DNA of 64,000 nucleotides from Lachnospiraceae bacterium (GTDB lineage: Bacteria; Bacillota; Clostridia; Lachnospirales; Lachnospiraceae): assembly GCA_015056725.1 (NCBI GenBank), contig SVFS01000002.1:15884-79883 (forward strand), in the 5' to 3' direction. Both the position numbers and the translations under genes were made by a program. The notes under the pieces were generated by a model. It made no database searches, was not told the origin of the DNA, and saw only the letters and a list, made by a program, of their open reading frames with translations. Below, one piece after another: positions 40,793 through 52,385 of this stretch (the stretch's first letter is position 1; each line of letters begins with the position of its first letter).

Positions 40793-41467
40793 ATGTATAG
40801 ACGAATTACGACGCAAGGGAAAAAGTGTATAATCATTGCTGCCGGCGACTTAGGAATAGAAAAGCCACCTATAGGTCAGGAGGATTTGTGTATCGCGGCA
40901 GATGGTGGATATCGATATTGTACCGGACTACAGATTATTCCGGATTATTGGATTGGTGATTTTGATTCTTTGTCGGAAGAGGAGCAGCAGGCGGCCTGTG
41001 AGATGGAGAAAAATCAACCTGAGAAAATAAAAAGGCTCCCGGTAGTAAAAGATGATACAGACATGCTTGCTGCAATTAAGCTTGGATTGAAGAAGGGATA
41101 TCGTCGGTTTTATCTGTATGGGGGACTTGGCGGAGCACGTTTTGAACATAGTGTTGCAAATATTCAATGTCTGCAGTACTTAAAGGAACATGATGCAGAA
41201 GGTTATCTTTTGGAAGATAGGCAAATGCTGATGCTGGTAAAAGAAGAAACGATAACGATACCGGCAGGAGAAGAGTTGTATGTTTCTGTTTTTTCTATGT
41301 CAGAAACATCAACGGGGGTAAATTTGAAACATCTAAAGTATGAATTAGAAAATGCTGTTTTGACAAATAGTTTTCCGATTGGAATCAGCAATGAAACAGT
41401 AGGAAAAGATGCTGTTATTTCCGTGGAAAAGGGCTCGCTTTTAGTGGTTTTAACTAAGAAGAAGTAG
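40793..41467 (+). CDS. thiN: Thiamine diphosphokinase
   Basis: AADGG, GDFDS, KDDTD, GISNE; exact start uncertain. Confidence 0.9.
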   Translation: MYRRITTQGKKCIIIAAGDLGIEKPPIGQEDLCIAADGGYRYCTGLQIIPDYWIGDFDSLSEEEQQAACEMEKNQPEKIKRLPVVKDDTDMLAAIKLGLKKGYRRFYLYGGLGGARFEHSVANIQCLQYLKEHDAEGYLLEDRQMLMLVKEETITIPAGEELYVSVFSMSETSTGVNLKHLKYELENAVLTNSFPIGISNETVGKDAVISVEKGSLLVVLTKKK

Positions 41468-41590
41468 TTGCGGAAGTATGAAAATAAGTGTATAATTTTT
41501 AGCGGTGTTTATGAACCACGTAATACTTTGAACCCGGTGATAATCCTGGGTTTCGTTATATAACAATTATTAAAAGAAGAGGAGAACAGA

Positions 41591-43135
41591 ATGAGTAAGA
41601 AACCGGTAGTTTTAATGATTCTTGATGGTTATGGATTAAATGAAAAGAGCGAACATAATGCAGTAGCAGAAGGTAAAACTCCTGTTATGGACATGTTAAT
41701 GGAAAAATATCCATTCGTAAAAGGTAATGCCAGTGGTATGGCAGTAGGTCTTCCGGATGGTCAGATGGGTAACTCTGAAGTAGGCCACTTAAATATGGGT
41801 GCAGGCCGTATCGTATATCAGGAGCTTACAAGAATTACAAAAGAAATTCAGGATGGCACATTCTTTGAAAATCCTGAATTATTAGATGCAGTAAACAACT
41901 GCAAGAAAAATGACAGTGCATTACATTTCTTCGGATTATTATCTGATGGTGGTGTACACAGCCACAATACACATCTCTATGGCCTTCTTGAACTGGCTAA
42001 GAGAAATGGTCTTGAAAAAGTATATGTACACTGCTTCTTAGATGGTCGTGACACACCACCTGCAAGCGGTAAAGAATATGCAGAACAGTTAGAAGCTGAA
42101 ATGGCTAAAATTGGTGTAGGTAAAATCGCATCCGTTACAGGCCGTTACTATGCTATGGACAGAGATAACAACTACGACCGTGTAGAAAAAGCTTATGTTG
42201 CACTTACAAAGGGTGAAGGTCTTACAGCAGAAGGCGGTCCTGCAGGAATTCAGGCAAGCTATGACAGAGACGAAACAGATGAGTTCGTAAAACCAACTAT
42301 TGTAATGGAAAACGGTGCACCGGTTGCAACAATCAAAGATGGCGATTCCGTTGTATTCTTCAATTTCCGTCCTGACCGTGCAAGAGAAATTACAAGAGCT
42401 TTCTGTGATGATGATTTCAAAGGTTTTGACAGAGGAAACAGATTAGACCTTACATTTGTATGCTTCTCTGATTATGACCCGACAATTCCAAATAAAGAAG
42501 TAGCATTCAAGAAAATCTTAGTAACAAATACATTTGGTGAATGGCTTGCTGCAAATAATATGAAACAGGCAAGAATCGCTGAAACAGAAAAATATGCACA
42601 CGTTACATTCTTCTTCAACGGTGGTGTAGAACAGCCAAACGAAGGCGAAGACAGAATCTTAGTAAATTCTCCAAAGGATGTTGCTACTTATGATTTAAAA
42701 CCTCAGATGAGTGCATATGAAGTATGTGACAAACTTTGCGAAGCTATCACAAGTGATAAATATGATGTAATCATTATCAACTTTGCTAACCCTGACATGG
42801 TAGGTCATACAGGTGTTGAAGAAGCAGCAATCAAAGCTGTGGAAGCAGTTGATGAATGTGTAGGTAAAGCATACGAAGCATTAAAATCCGTAGATGGTGT
42901 TATGTTTATCTGTGCTGACCATGGTAATGCTGAGCAACTTGTAGATTACGAAACAGGAGCACCATTTACAGCTCATACAACAAATGAAGTGCCATTTATT
43001 TTAGTAAACTATGATGAGGCTTATACACTTGCTGAAGGTGGATGTCTTGCAGATATTGTACCGACTTTGATTCAGATTATGGGTAAAGAGCAGCCGGTTG
43101 AAATGACAGGCAAGTCTCTCCTGATTAAAAAATAA
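41591..43135 (+). CDS. gpmI: 2,3-bisphosphoglycerate-independent phosphoglycerate mutase
   Basis: ILDGYG, GNSEVGH, DGRD, AETEKYAH, DMVGH, ADHGN; upstream TTGCGG-N17-TATAAT. Confidence 0.99.
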   Translation: MSKKPVVLMILDGYGLNEKSEHNAVAEGKTPVMDMLMEKYPFVKGNASGMAVGLPDGQMGNSEVGHLNMGAGRIVYQELTRITKEIQDGTFFENPELLDAVNNCKKNDSALHFFGLLSDGGVHSHNTHLYGLLELAKRNGLEKVYVHCFLDGRDTPPASGKEYAEQLEAEMAKIGVGKIASVTGRYYAMDRDNNYDRVEKAYVALTKGEGLTAEGGPAGIQASYDRDETDEFVKPTIVMENGAPVATIKDGDSVVFFNFRPDRAREITRAFCDDDFKGFDRGNRLDLTFVCFSDYDPTIPNKEVAFKKILVTNTFGEWLAANNMKQARIAETEKYAHVTFFFNGGVEQPNEGEDRILVNSPKDVATYDLKPQMSAYEVCDKLCEAITSDKYDVIIINFANPDMVGHTGVEEAAIKAVEAVDECVGKAYEALKSVDGVMFICADHGNAEQLVDYETGAPFTAHTTNEVPFILVNYDEAYTLAEGGCLADIVPTLIQIMGKEQPVEMTGKSLLIKK

Positions 43136-43136
43136 T

Positions 43137-43820
43137 ATGATTGCAACAATAGTAAATATGGTGGCAGTCCTTATCGGCGGAAGTGTTGGCCTTTTGCTCA
43201 AAAAGGGATTGCCGGAAAAATTATCCGACAGTATTATGAAGGGGCTCGGATTATGCACCCTATACCTTGGCATCAGTGGTTCTTTAAAAGGACAAAATTC
43301 ACTGATTCTCATTATATCTATGGTAGTGGGTATCGTAATCGGAGAAATCCTGGATTTGGATGACAAAGTTAACCGGTTGGGCAAGTTTGTAGAAAAGAAA
43401 TTTCAAAAAGAAGGAAATACCAAGGTGTCGATTGCAGAAGGATTTGTTTCAGCAAGTTTGTTATTCTGTGTAGGCGCAATGGCAATTGTAGGTTCTTTGC
43501 AGGCAGGTTTGGCAGGAGACTATGAAATGCTTTACAACAAATCGATGTTGGACGGTGTGGCAGCTATTATTTTCGCCTCCTCTTTTGGCGTTGGAGTATT
43601 GCTTTCTGCGTTTTTTGTATTTGCCTATCAGGGAACAATTACCTTATTGGCACAATGGATAGCACCTTTTTTGACAGATGTTGTTATCGCCGAGATGACT
43701 TGCGTGGGCTCTGTTATTATTATCGGTATAGCATTAAATATGATTGGGTTAACAAAATTTAAGCTGATGAATTATGTACCGGCAGTTTTTATACCGATAA
43801 TATTGTGTAAATTTATGTAA
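43137..43820 (+). CDS. DUF554 membrane protein
   Basis: GFVSASLLFCVGAM, KSMLD, EMT..G; starts 1 nt after gpmI stop. Confidence 0.88.
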   Translation: MIATIVNMVAVLIGGSVGLLLKKGLPEKLSDSIMKGLGLCTLYLGISGSLKGQNSLILIISMVVGIVIGEILDLDDKVNRLGKFVEKKFQKEGNTKVSIAEGFVSASLLFCVGAMAIVGSLQAGLAGDYEMLYNKSMLDGVAAIIFASSFGVGVLLSAFFVFAYQGTITLLAQWIAPFLTDVVIAEMTCVGSVIIIGIALNMIGLTKFKLMNYVPAVFIPIILCKFM

Positions 43821-43825
43821 TGATG

Positions 43826-43855
43826 AAAACTCTCGTCTTAAGACGGGAGTTTTTT
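43826..43855 (+). terminator. Terminator separating gpmI-DUF554 from eno
   Basis: aaaactctcgtc/gacgggagttttt. Confidence 0.85.
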
Positions 43856-43938
43856 ATATGTTAAGTGATTGTTGTATAAATTTTCCATACTTGTAAATAC
43901 TGTAAGAAATGCCAAACGTTTTTTAGGTGACGGGCTAG

Positions 43939-45444
<1,506 letters not shown>

Positions 45445-45545
45445 TGACAATGATTTTTAGAACGTAATGATAGGTAAATAAAAACCGTATAAATCATCTC
45501 ATAAAGCAAGATGATTCATACGGTTTTATTTATGCGGATAGAAAA

Positions 45546-46712
45546 CTAGATATAAGTGTGGTCTACTTTAATAACACAGAAATAAGTCGGACTTATTTTT
45601 TTGACTTCAGCGTCAATGGCAGAGATTACTTCACTATCAGTCATATGGAAACGGTAAGGTACAAGCACATCAAAAATAAGGTTTGTATGGGTTGGACCAT
45701 TTACCACACGAAAATCATGGAACATTAATGCTTCATCTAATGTAATGATGATACGGCTGAGTTGTTCTTTCAGTTCATTGACAACAGGGTCATCTACACA
45801 GATAGGATCCATGTGAATAACTGCTTCACAATTACATTCTCGGGAAAGATCATTTTCAATATGGTCAATCAAGTCATGCATCTCTTGAATATCACCGTTT
45901 GACGGAACTTCTGCATGAAGTGATACGATTACCCGGCCCGGGCCGTAGTCATGAATCATCATATCATGGATACCGAGAATCAGGTCATGCCCAATGACCA
46001 ATGACTCTATTTTTTCTACATATTCTTTATCAGGAGCTTTTCCGAGAAGCGGATCAATCGTGTCTTTGATAGCCTGAATTCCCGAATAGAAAATGAATAC
46101 ACCTACGAGTAAACCACAGTATCCATCGATTTCCAGATGGAAAAAGTGAGAAACCAAAGTGGAAATCAGAACAAGTCCTGTCGATATGGTATCACCTTTA
46201 CTGTCTGCAGCAGTTGCAAATAAAGCGGCACTGTTAATTTTGATGCCAATTTGTTTGTTGTAATATGCCATATAAAATTTTACGCCGATAGACAGTATTA
46301 AAATGCCTATAACAACAGGGTTGAAAATTGTTCCCTCAGGATGTCTGATTTTGGAAACAGAGGATTTAAGAAGCTCTATTGCCATTAATAAAATCATAAA
46401 GGATACCACCAGACCAGATAGGTATTCCATACGGCCATGACCGTACGGATGGTCTTTGTCCGGCTTTTCAGAAGCAAGTTTAAAGCCGATTAACGTGATG
46501 AAGGAAGACCCTGCATCTGATAAATTGTTAAAAGCATCAGCAGTAATTGCAATGGAATTACTAATGGTGCCGGCGATGAATTTTCCGAGAAACAGGAAAA
46601 TATTTAAAAGGATACCAACGATTCCGCAAAGAGTACCATATGCATGGCGTACGGAGGCATCCGTTGTATTTTGATAATCTTTAATAAAATGTCTGGATAA
46701 AAATTGAATCAT
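45546..46712 (-). CDS. Cation diffusion facilitator (CDF) transporter with C-terminal duplication
   Basis: ADAFNNLSD, HPYGHGRME, HDYGPG, IHMDP. Confidence 0.92.
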   Translation of the reverse strand: MIQFLSRHFIKDYQNTTDASVRHAYGTLCGIVGILLNIFLFLGKFIAGTISNSIAITADAFNNLSDAGSSFITLIGFKLASEKPDKDHPYGHGRMEYLSGLVVSFMILLMAIELLKSSVSKIRHPEGTIFNPVVIGILILSIGVKFYMAYYNKQIGIKINSAALFATAADSKGDTISTGLVLISTLVSHFFHLEIDGYCGLLVGVFIFYSGIQAIKDTIDPLLGKAPDKEYVEKIESLVIGHDLILGIHDMMIHDYGPGRVIVSLHAEVPSNGDIQEMHDLIDHIENDLSRECNCEAVIHMDPICVDDPVVNELKEQLSRIIITLDEALMFHDFRVVNGPTHTNLIFDVLVPYRFHMTDSEVISAIDAEVKKISPTYFCVIKVDHTYI

Positions 46713-46854
46713 GGTATTCTCCTGTCAATAGTCTGGCTTTCATTAATATATGTTGAAAGCTACGGTATAAATACCGCCCTATCGTATCATAAATTAATGA
46801 GTTTGGGAAGTTTTAGGGAAGCGTAAAAAAGTTCAAAAAAATTTTTGATAAAAA

Positions 46855-46918
46855 TGTAAAATACGCTTGACATAAAATGTAAAGCGAGCTATACTTCAAA
46901 TGTAAAGTTAACTATACA
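46855..46918 (+). promoter_or_regulatory. sigmaA promoter overlapped by three tandem palindromic operators
   Basis: TTGACA(46867)-N17-TATACT; TGTAAA-N6-[T]..AC[A/T] boxes at 46855, 46878, 46901 (23-bp period). Confidence 0.8.
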
Positions 46919-46991
46919 ATGGATAAAATAAAGGAGAGGCAGTTTTTCATGGATAGAAAAATGCTTACAAAAAAGTCAGGAAAGGAGACTT

Positions 46992-47195
46992 ATGAAAAAT
47001 CATATCAAGGATCTTAGAAAAGAAAGAAAAATATCACAGGAAGAATTAGCGATAGCAGTTTCTGTGACAAGACAGACAATTATTTCATTGGAAAACGGAA
47101 AATACAATGCATCATTGATGCTTGCGTATGAAATTGCCAAGTATTTTGAGAAAACAATCGAAGAAGTATTTATCTTTGAAGAGACAGAAGTGTAA
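46992..47195 (+). CDS. XRE-family HTH transcriptional regulator
   Basis: [22 protein letters not shown]. Confidence 0.93.
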   Translation: MKNHIKDLRKERKISQEELAIAVSVTRQTIISLENGKYNASLMLAYEIAKYFEKTIEEVFIFEETEV

Positions 47196-47253
47196 ATGAG
47201 ATGGTTTTATGAGAATAAATAGTATTGTTTAAGATTAGAAAAGGAGTAATGAA

Positions 47254-47715
47254 ATGTTAGTAAATACAATGAAAACAGGAAAAACAATTGAACAAAAAAT
47301 GAGAAACAGAAATTTGTATTGTGTAGGTCTTATTGTATGCGGGATTATATCCCTGATTATAGGTGTAGGAAATGTACTTCCTGCAGAAATGAGTGATTAT
47401 TGCAGCGGCTTTTATACAGGTGTCGGCGGCGGATTGATTGCAGCAAGTGTTATTACGCTTATCAAAAATATTATGATTTTGAAAAATGCAGATAAGTTAA
47501 AAGAACGTGAAATTTATGAAAACGATGAACGTAATAAAATGATCGGACTTAAAACATGGTCTTATACAGGGTATGCAATGTTTACCTTACTTTATATCGG
47601 CATGCTGGTGGCAGGCTTCTTTAGTGAAGTGGTTATGAATACCTTGCTTGTGATTATGGGAGTTTATGCACTTTGCATTTTCTTCGCAGGATTATACTGT
47701 AAAAAGACAATGTAA
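47254..47715 (+). CDS. 4-TM membrane protein (DER-motif, DUF2178-like partner of XRE regulator)
   Basis: Two TM pairs separated by NDERN. Confidence 0.7.
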   Translation: MLVNTMKTGKTIEQKMRNRNLYCVGLIVCGIISLIIGVGNVLPAEMSDYCSGFYTGVGGGLIAASVITLIKNIMILKNADKLKEREIYENDERNKMIGLKTWSYTGYAMFTLLYIGMLVAGFFSEVVMNTLLVIMGVYALCIFFAGLYCKKTM

Positions 47716-47895
47716 GCCTGGCTGTTTGTCAGAAGCTATAAAAGGAATGGAAAATAGGATGCCTGTTTCTGCTCTGAAAAATTGGTAAAAATTTTATTTT
47801 TAAAATGTTGTTAAGAAATGGAAAACAACGTATAATAATGGTATAGCAAAAAGCGCGTTCTCAGTAATTGCGGAGCTAGGAAATGCTAGAGAGGG

Positions 47896-48210
47896 ATGGT
47901 GCATACTATGAGTAAAAAATATTTTGGAATTATTGAAACTGTAAATAAAGTAACAGGTCATGAAAACAAGAAATGCAGTGCTTGGAAATGGATTCTTGCG
48001 ATTGTTGGAATTTTAGCAGCTATTGCAGGTGTGGCATATGCTCTGTATCGTTTAACACAGCAGGATTGTCTGGAAGACTTTGAAGAAGACTTTGAAGACG
48101 ATTTTGATGATGAATATTTTGAAGATGAAGAAGATGCAGTAGTAGTTGAAGAGCCTGTAGAAGCAGTTCCGACTGTAGAAGCACAAGCAGAAGCGCAGGT
48201 AGAAGAATAA
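47896..48210 (+). CDS. Small single-TM protein with acidic tail (DUF4366-like)
   Basis: One hydrophobic helix followed by LEDFEEDFEDDFDDEYFED; start could be 47908. Confidence 0.6.
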   Translation: MVHTMSKKYFGIIETVNKVTGHENKKCSAWKWILAIVGILAAIAGVAYALYRLTQQDCLEDFEEDFEDDFDDEYFEDEEDAVVVEEPVEAVPTVEAQAEAQVEE

Positions 48211-48258
48211 TTCCTGATAAAATAAGAGCGGGTAGAGGCTCGTGTAAGTAATGCAATG

Positions 48259-48285
48259 AAAAGTGTGGCATGCCACACTTTTTTT
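48259..48285 (+). terminator. Intrinsic terminator
   Basis: aaaagtgtggc/gccacactttttt. Confidence 0.85.
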
Positions 48286-48287
48286 GT

Positions 48288-48463
48288 GAAAGCAACGAGG
48301 AGAATGACTCTGCACTTGTGCGGAGGGCATTCGACGACTGCACATCAGAGGGAGATTGCAAGGCAATCGAACTCGGGGAAAGCAACGAGGAGAATGACTC
48401 TGCACTTGTGCGGAGGGCATTCGACGACTGCACATCAGAGGGAGATTGCAAGGCAATCGAACT
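48288..48463. repeat. Exact tandem duplication of an 86-bp REP-like unit (period 90)
   Basis: 48288-48373 identical to 48378-48463; internal hairpins tctgcac/gtgcgga and gattgc/gcaatc. Confidence 0.95.
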
Positions 48464-48484
48464 TTGTGAAAGAAGGAAGATATT

Positions 48485-49861
48485 ATGAAAAAAGGACAAG
48501 TATTAGAAGGAATCGTGGAAAGACTGGATTTTCCAAATAAAGGAATCGTACAGACAGAGGAAGGAATCTGTGTGGTAAAAAATGTGTTACCGGGACAAAA
48601 GATTTCTTTCATGGTACAGAAAAAGAGAAGTGGAAAAGCAGAAGGAAGATTGTTGCAGGTGCTGGAAAAGGCACCGGAAGAAATCGAAAGCCCATGTCCT
48701 CATTTTGGTATATGCGGCGGTTGTGCCTATCAGAATCTTCCTTACGAAAAACAGTGTGAGTTAAAAGAAAAGCAGGTAAAAGCATTACTGGATCCGGTAT
48801 TGCAAAGACAGGAAACACCGTATGTTTTTGAGGGCATTAAAGCAAGTCCTGCCATTTACGGATACCGTAACAAAATGGAATTTTCATTTGGTGATGAAGT
48901 GAAGGATGGTCCTCTTTCTCTCGGTATGCATAAGAGAGGAAGCTTCTATGATATTGTGACGGTGTCGGAATGTAAGATTGTAGATGAAGATTACAGAAGG
49001 ATTCTGGTGGCGGTAAGAGATTACTTTGAAAAGCTGGAGATTCCGTTTTATCATAGACTTCGTCATACAGGTTACCTTCGGCATTTACTCGTAAGAAAAG
49101 CAGTAAAAACAGGTGAGATTCTTATTGCACTGGTTACGACAAGTCAGATGCAGCTGGATTTGACGGCTTTTGTGGAGATGCTTAAAGAGCTTGCGTTAGA
49201 TGGAAGGATAGTGGGGATTTTACACACAATCAATGATTCTGTGGCAGATGTGGTTCAGAGTGATGAAACACATATTTTATACGGTCAGGACTTCTTTTAT
49301 GAAGAGCTGCTTGGATTAAAGTTTAAGATTACACAGTTTTCCTTTTTCCAGACGAATTCTCTTGGAGCAGAAGTGTTGTATCAGACTGCAAGGGAATACA
49401 TCGGAGATATCGGAACGGATATGACCGTATTTGATTTATATAGCGGAACCGGAACGATAGCACAGCTTATGGCACCGGTAGCCAAAAAAGTAGTCGGAGT
49501 GGAAATTGTAGAAGAAGCAGTAGAAGCAGCTAAGAAAAACGCGGAACTGAATGGTTTACATAATTGTGAATTTATTGCCGGTGACGTTCTGAAAGTATTA
49601 GATGATATTACAGACAAGCCGGATTTTATTATTCTGGATCCGCCGCGAGATGGAATACATCCGAAAGCAATTAAGAAAATACTTCATTATGGTGTGGAAA
49701 GGATGGTATATATTTCCTGTAAGCCAACAAGCCTTGCAAGAGATTTGGTATATTTCTTAGAGGCAGGCTATAAAGTGGAAAGAGTGGTTGTTTGTGATCA
49801 GTTCCCTTGGACAGGAAATGCAGAAACGGTCTGCTTATTATCCAAAATAAAGATGGAATAA
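48485..49861 (+). CDS. rlmD: 23S rRNA (uracil-1939-C5)-methyltransferase
   Basis: TRAM domain, CPHFGICGGC, YRNK, FFQTN, DLYSGTG, DPPR, YISC. Confidence 0.95.
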   Translation: MKKGQVLEGIVERLDFPNKGIVQTEEGICVVKNVLPGQKISFMVQKKRSGKAEGRLLQVLEKAPEEIESPCPHFGICGGCAYQNLPYEKQCELKEKQVKALLDPVLQRQETPYVFEGIKASPAIYGYRNKMEFSFGDEVKDGPLSLGMHKRGSFYDIVTVSECKIVDEDYRRILVAVRDYFEKLEIPFYHRLRHTGYLRHLLVRKAVKTGEILIALVTTSQMQLDLTAFVEMLKELALDGRIVGILHTINDSVADVVQSDETHILYGQDFFYEELLGLKFKITQFSFFQTNSLGAEVLYQTAREYIGDIGTDMTVFDLYSGTGTIAQLMAPVAKKVVGVEIVEEAVEAAKKNAELNGLHNCEFIAGDVLKVLDDITDKPDFIILDPPRDGIHPKAIKKILHYGVERMVYISCKPTSLARDLVYFLEAGYKVERVVVCDQFPWTGNAETVCLLSKIKME

Positions 49862-50059
49862 TGTAATGTTTTAATAATTTTTTTAGTATTTTATAAAAAA
49901 ATATTGAATATTGCGGAATCTAGGAGTATATTAGGCTATTAGGGGAGAAATTTTAATCGGATATCATTATGATATCCGATTTGTTATGTGCTTTTTGAGG
50001 AGAAAGCGTTAATAGCGTCGGGGAGACGTTAAAATAAATTATAGAGGAGAGGTTTTAAT

Positions 50060-52243
50060 ATGGTAGCTTTATTGGTATTAGTGGTTGTAGCCGCATTGCT
50101 TGCAATCGGATATGCTGCATTTAACTTCATTGGTGTAAAGAAAATTGATGAAGGCAGCGAAAAGATGTCTGAAATTGCAGCTGCAATCCGAGTTGGTGCA
50201 AACGCATTTATTGTGTATGAGTACAAAATTATTGCAGTGGTTGTTGCAATTATTGCAGTTGTTTTTTGTGCAATTTTTTCGGTACAGTACGGTGCGTTCA
50301 GTTGGGAACCGTCTGTATGCTTTATCATCGGTGTTGTGATGAGTGGTTCTGCCGGCTGGGTAGGTATGAAAATTGCGACTTATGCGAATGTAAGAGTATC
50401 CAACACAGCGCGTTTGACAAAGAAGATTGGTGAAACCTTAAAGGTTGCATTAAAAGGCGGATCTGTAATGGGTCTTTGTGTAGGTGGTTTCGCACTTCTT
50501 GGTTTATTCTTAGTTTATTTGATTTTTGGATACGGAATGGGGCTTATTTCTGAAGCAGCACTTATTCAGGGACAGCATGTATTCACACAGTGTCTTTCCT
50601 GTTATGCACTTGGTTGCTCCATCGTTGCTATGTTTAACCGTGTAGGTGGTGGTATCTATACAAAAGCAGCAGATATGGGTGCTGACCTTGTTGGTAAAAC
50701 AGAAGCAAACATTCCGGAAGATGACCCACGTAACCCTGCTACAATCGCAGATAACGTAGGTGATAACGTAGGTGACGTTGCAGGACTTGGTTCTGACCTT
50801 TTGGAATCCTTTGTTGGTGCGATTTCTTCAGCAATTATCCTTGCGGTAAGTATTACACTTGCATCCGTTGTTCAGAGCAATACTATTCCATATGAAATGC
50901 TTGAAAAGTTGATGTACTTCCCACTTGTGTTTGCAGCAGTAGGTTTGATTGCATCTATCCTTGGTATTGCATATGTATTATTCAAAAAAGGATCTGAAAA
51001 TCCTCACAGGGATTTAAATATTTCTACATGGAGTGCAGCGGCACTCACAATTATTGCAGGCTTTGCCGCTACATATTTTATGTTTGCAAATGAAACAAAA
51101 GAAATATTCGCAGCAGTAGGCTTTAACATTGGTTTTGTATCTCCATGGGTTGCAGCTTCCCTTGGTGTTATCAGTGGTGTTGTAATCGGTGCGATTGCGG
51201 AATATTATACAAGCTATGACTTTAAACCGACACAGATGATTGCACACGCATCAAAAGAAGGTCCGGCGCTTACAATTACACAGGGTCTTGCAGTTGGTAT
51301 GAAATCCTGTATGTTCCCATTGATTGTGCTTGGTGTAACAACATATGTTTCCTATGCGGTTTCCGGAATTTTCGGTATTGCGATGGCAGCAGTAGGTATG
51401 CTTTCCTTCGTATCCGCAACAGTTTCCGTAGATACATACGGACCAATTTCTGATAATGCCGGCGGTATTGCAGAAATGTCCGAGCTTGAACCTGAAGTTA
51501 GACAGATTACAGATAAACTTGACTCTGTAGGTAATACTACAGCAGCAATCGGTAAAGGCTTTGCAATCGGCTCAGCAGCACTTGCAGCTCTTTCCCTGAT
51601 GGTATCTTTCTTATATGCATTCCAGCCGGTAGGCGCAGAATTGGATCTTAACTTTACAGATCCTAAGATTCTTGCAGGAGCATTAATCGGTGGTGCGCTT
51701 CCATTTATGTTCTCAGGAATGTTGATTGAAGCAGTTGCAAAGGCAGCAAGAAAGATGGTTGACGAAGTTCGTCGTCAGTTTAAAGAAATTCCGGGTATTT
51801 TGGAAGGAACAGAAAAACCTGATTATAAGACATGTATTGAAATTTCATCTCAGGGTGCAATTAAAGAAATGAAAGCTCCTGCTATGATTTCTATCTTATT
51901 CCCACTTGTTTCCGGATTTTTATTCGGACCATACTTTGTAGGTGGTCTCTTAATCGGAGCAACACTTTCTGCAATCATGCTTGCTATCTTTACAGGTAAT
52001 GCAGGTGGTGCCTGGGATAATGCGAAGAAATACATTGAGTCCGGAGCTGTTGAAAACCATAAGAAAGGTTCCGCAGCTCATAGCGCAGCAGTAGTAGGTG
52101 ATACAGTAGGTGATCCACTGAAAGATACAGTAGGTCCATCCCTTGATATCTTAATCAAAATTATGTCTACAGTATCTCTTGTTGCAGCGGTACTTTTCAG
52201 TAAATATAATGTATTGGATTGGATTTTAGGTGTATTAAAATAA
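50060..52243 (+). CDS. hppA: Membrane-bound K+-dependent (probably Na+-translocating) pyrophosphatase
   Basis: DMGADLVGK.E, DNVGDNVGD, GNTTAA (Ala marks K+-dependent type), GDTVGDPLKD. Confidence 0.95.
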   Translation: MVALLVLVVVAALLAIGYAAFNFIGVKKIDEGSEKMSEIAAAIRVGANAFIVYEYKIIAVVVAIIAVVFCAIFSVQYGAFSWEPSVCFIIGVVMSGSAGWVGMKIATYANVRVSNTARLTKKIGETLKVALKGGSVMGLCVGGFALLGLFLVYLIFGYGMGLISEAALIQGQHVFTQCLSCYALGCSIVAMFNRVGGGIYTKAADMGADLVGKTEANIPEDDPRNPATIADNVGDNVGDVAGLGSDLLESFVGAISSAIILAVSITLASVVQSNTIPYEMLEKLMYFPLVFAAVGLIASILGIAYVLFKKGSENPHRDLNISTWSAAALTIIAGFAATYFMFANETKEIFAAVGFNIGFVSPWVAASLGVISGVVIGAIAEYYTSYDFKPTQMIAHASKEGPALTITQGLAVGMKSCMFPLIVLGVTTYVSYAVSGIFGIAMAAVGMLSFVSATVSVDTYGPISDNAGGIAEMSELEPEVRQITDKLDSVGNTTAAIGKGFAIGSAALAALSLMVSFLYAFQPVGAELDLNFTDPKILAGALIGGALPFMFSGMLIEAVAKAARKMVDEVRRQFKEIPGILEGTEKPDYKTCIEISSQGAIKEMKAPAMISILFPLVSGFLFGPYFVGGLLIGATLSAIMLAIFTGNAGGAWDNAKKYIESGAVENHKKGSAAHSAAVVGDTVGDPLKDTVGPSLDILIKIMSTVSLVAAVLFSKYNVLDWILGVLK

Positions 52244-52385
52244 AAGCAGATTCGGGATATGTGTAAACATATGTCAGAAGTGTAAAGAAACGTAAAGCGG
52301 TATGTTCCATGAAATGTTGGACATACCGCTTTCTATATTCATACATTATAAAAACTGTCTTGTGGCAGACAGTTTTAGAGTTTCG

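Noticed and set aside
48288-48463. Possible CRISPR array or hammerhead ribozyme
   Set aside because: Only two 86-bp units with a 4-bp spacer and no cas genes; the minus-strand CTGATG is followed by TG rather than A, and no correctly placed GAAA core is evident.
48020-48612. Several overlapping short ORFs across the tandem repeat
   Set aside because: They are translations of the non-coding repeat or antisense to real genes, with no recognisable motifs.
49800-49900. rlmD 3' end as an ICE integration hotspot
   Set aside because: No recombinase, duplicated 3' end or cargo follows; the site appears empty.
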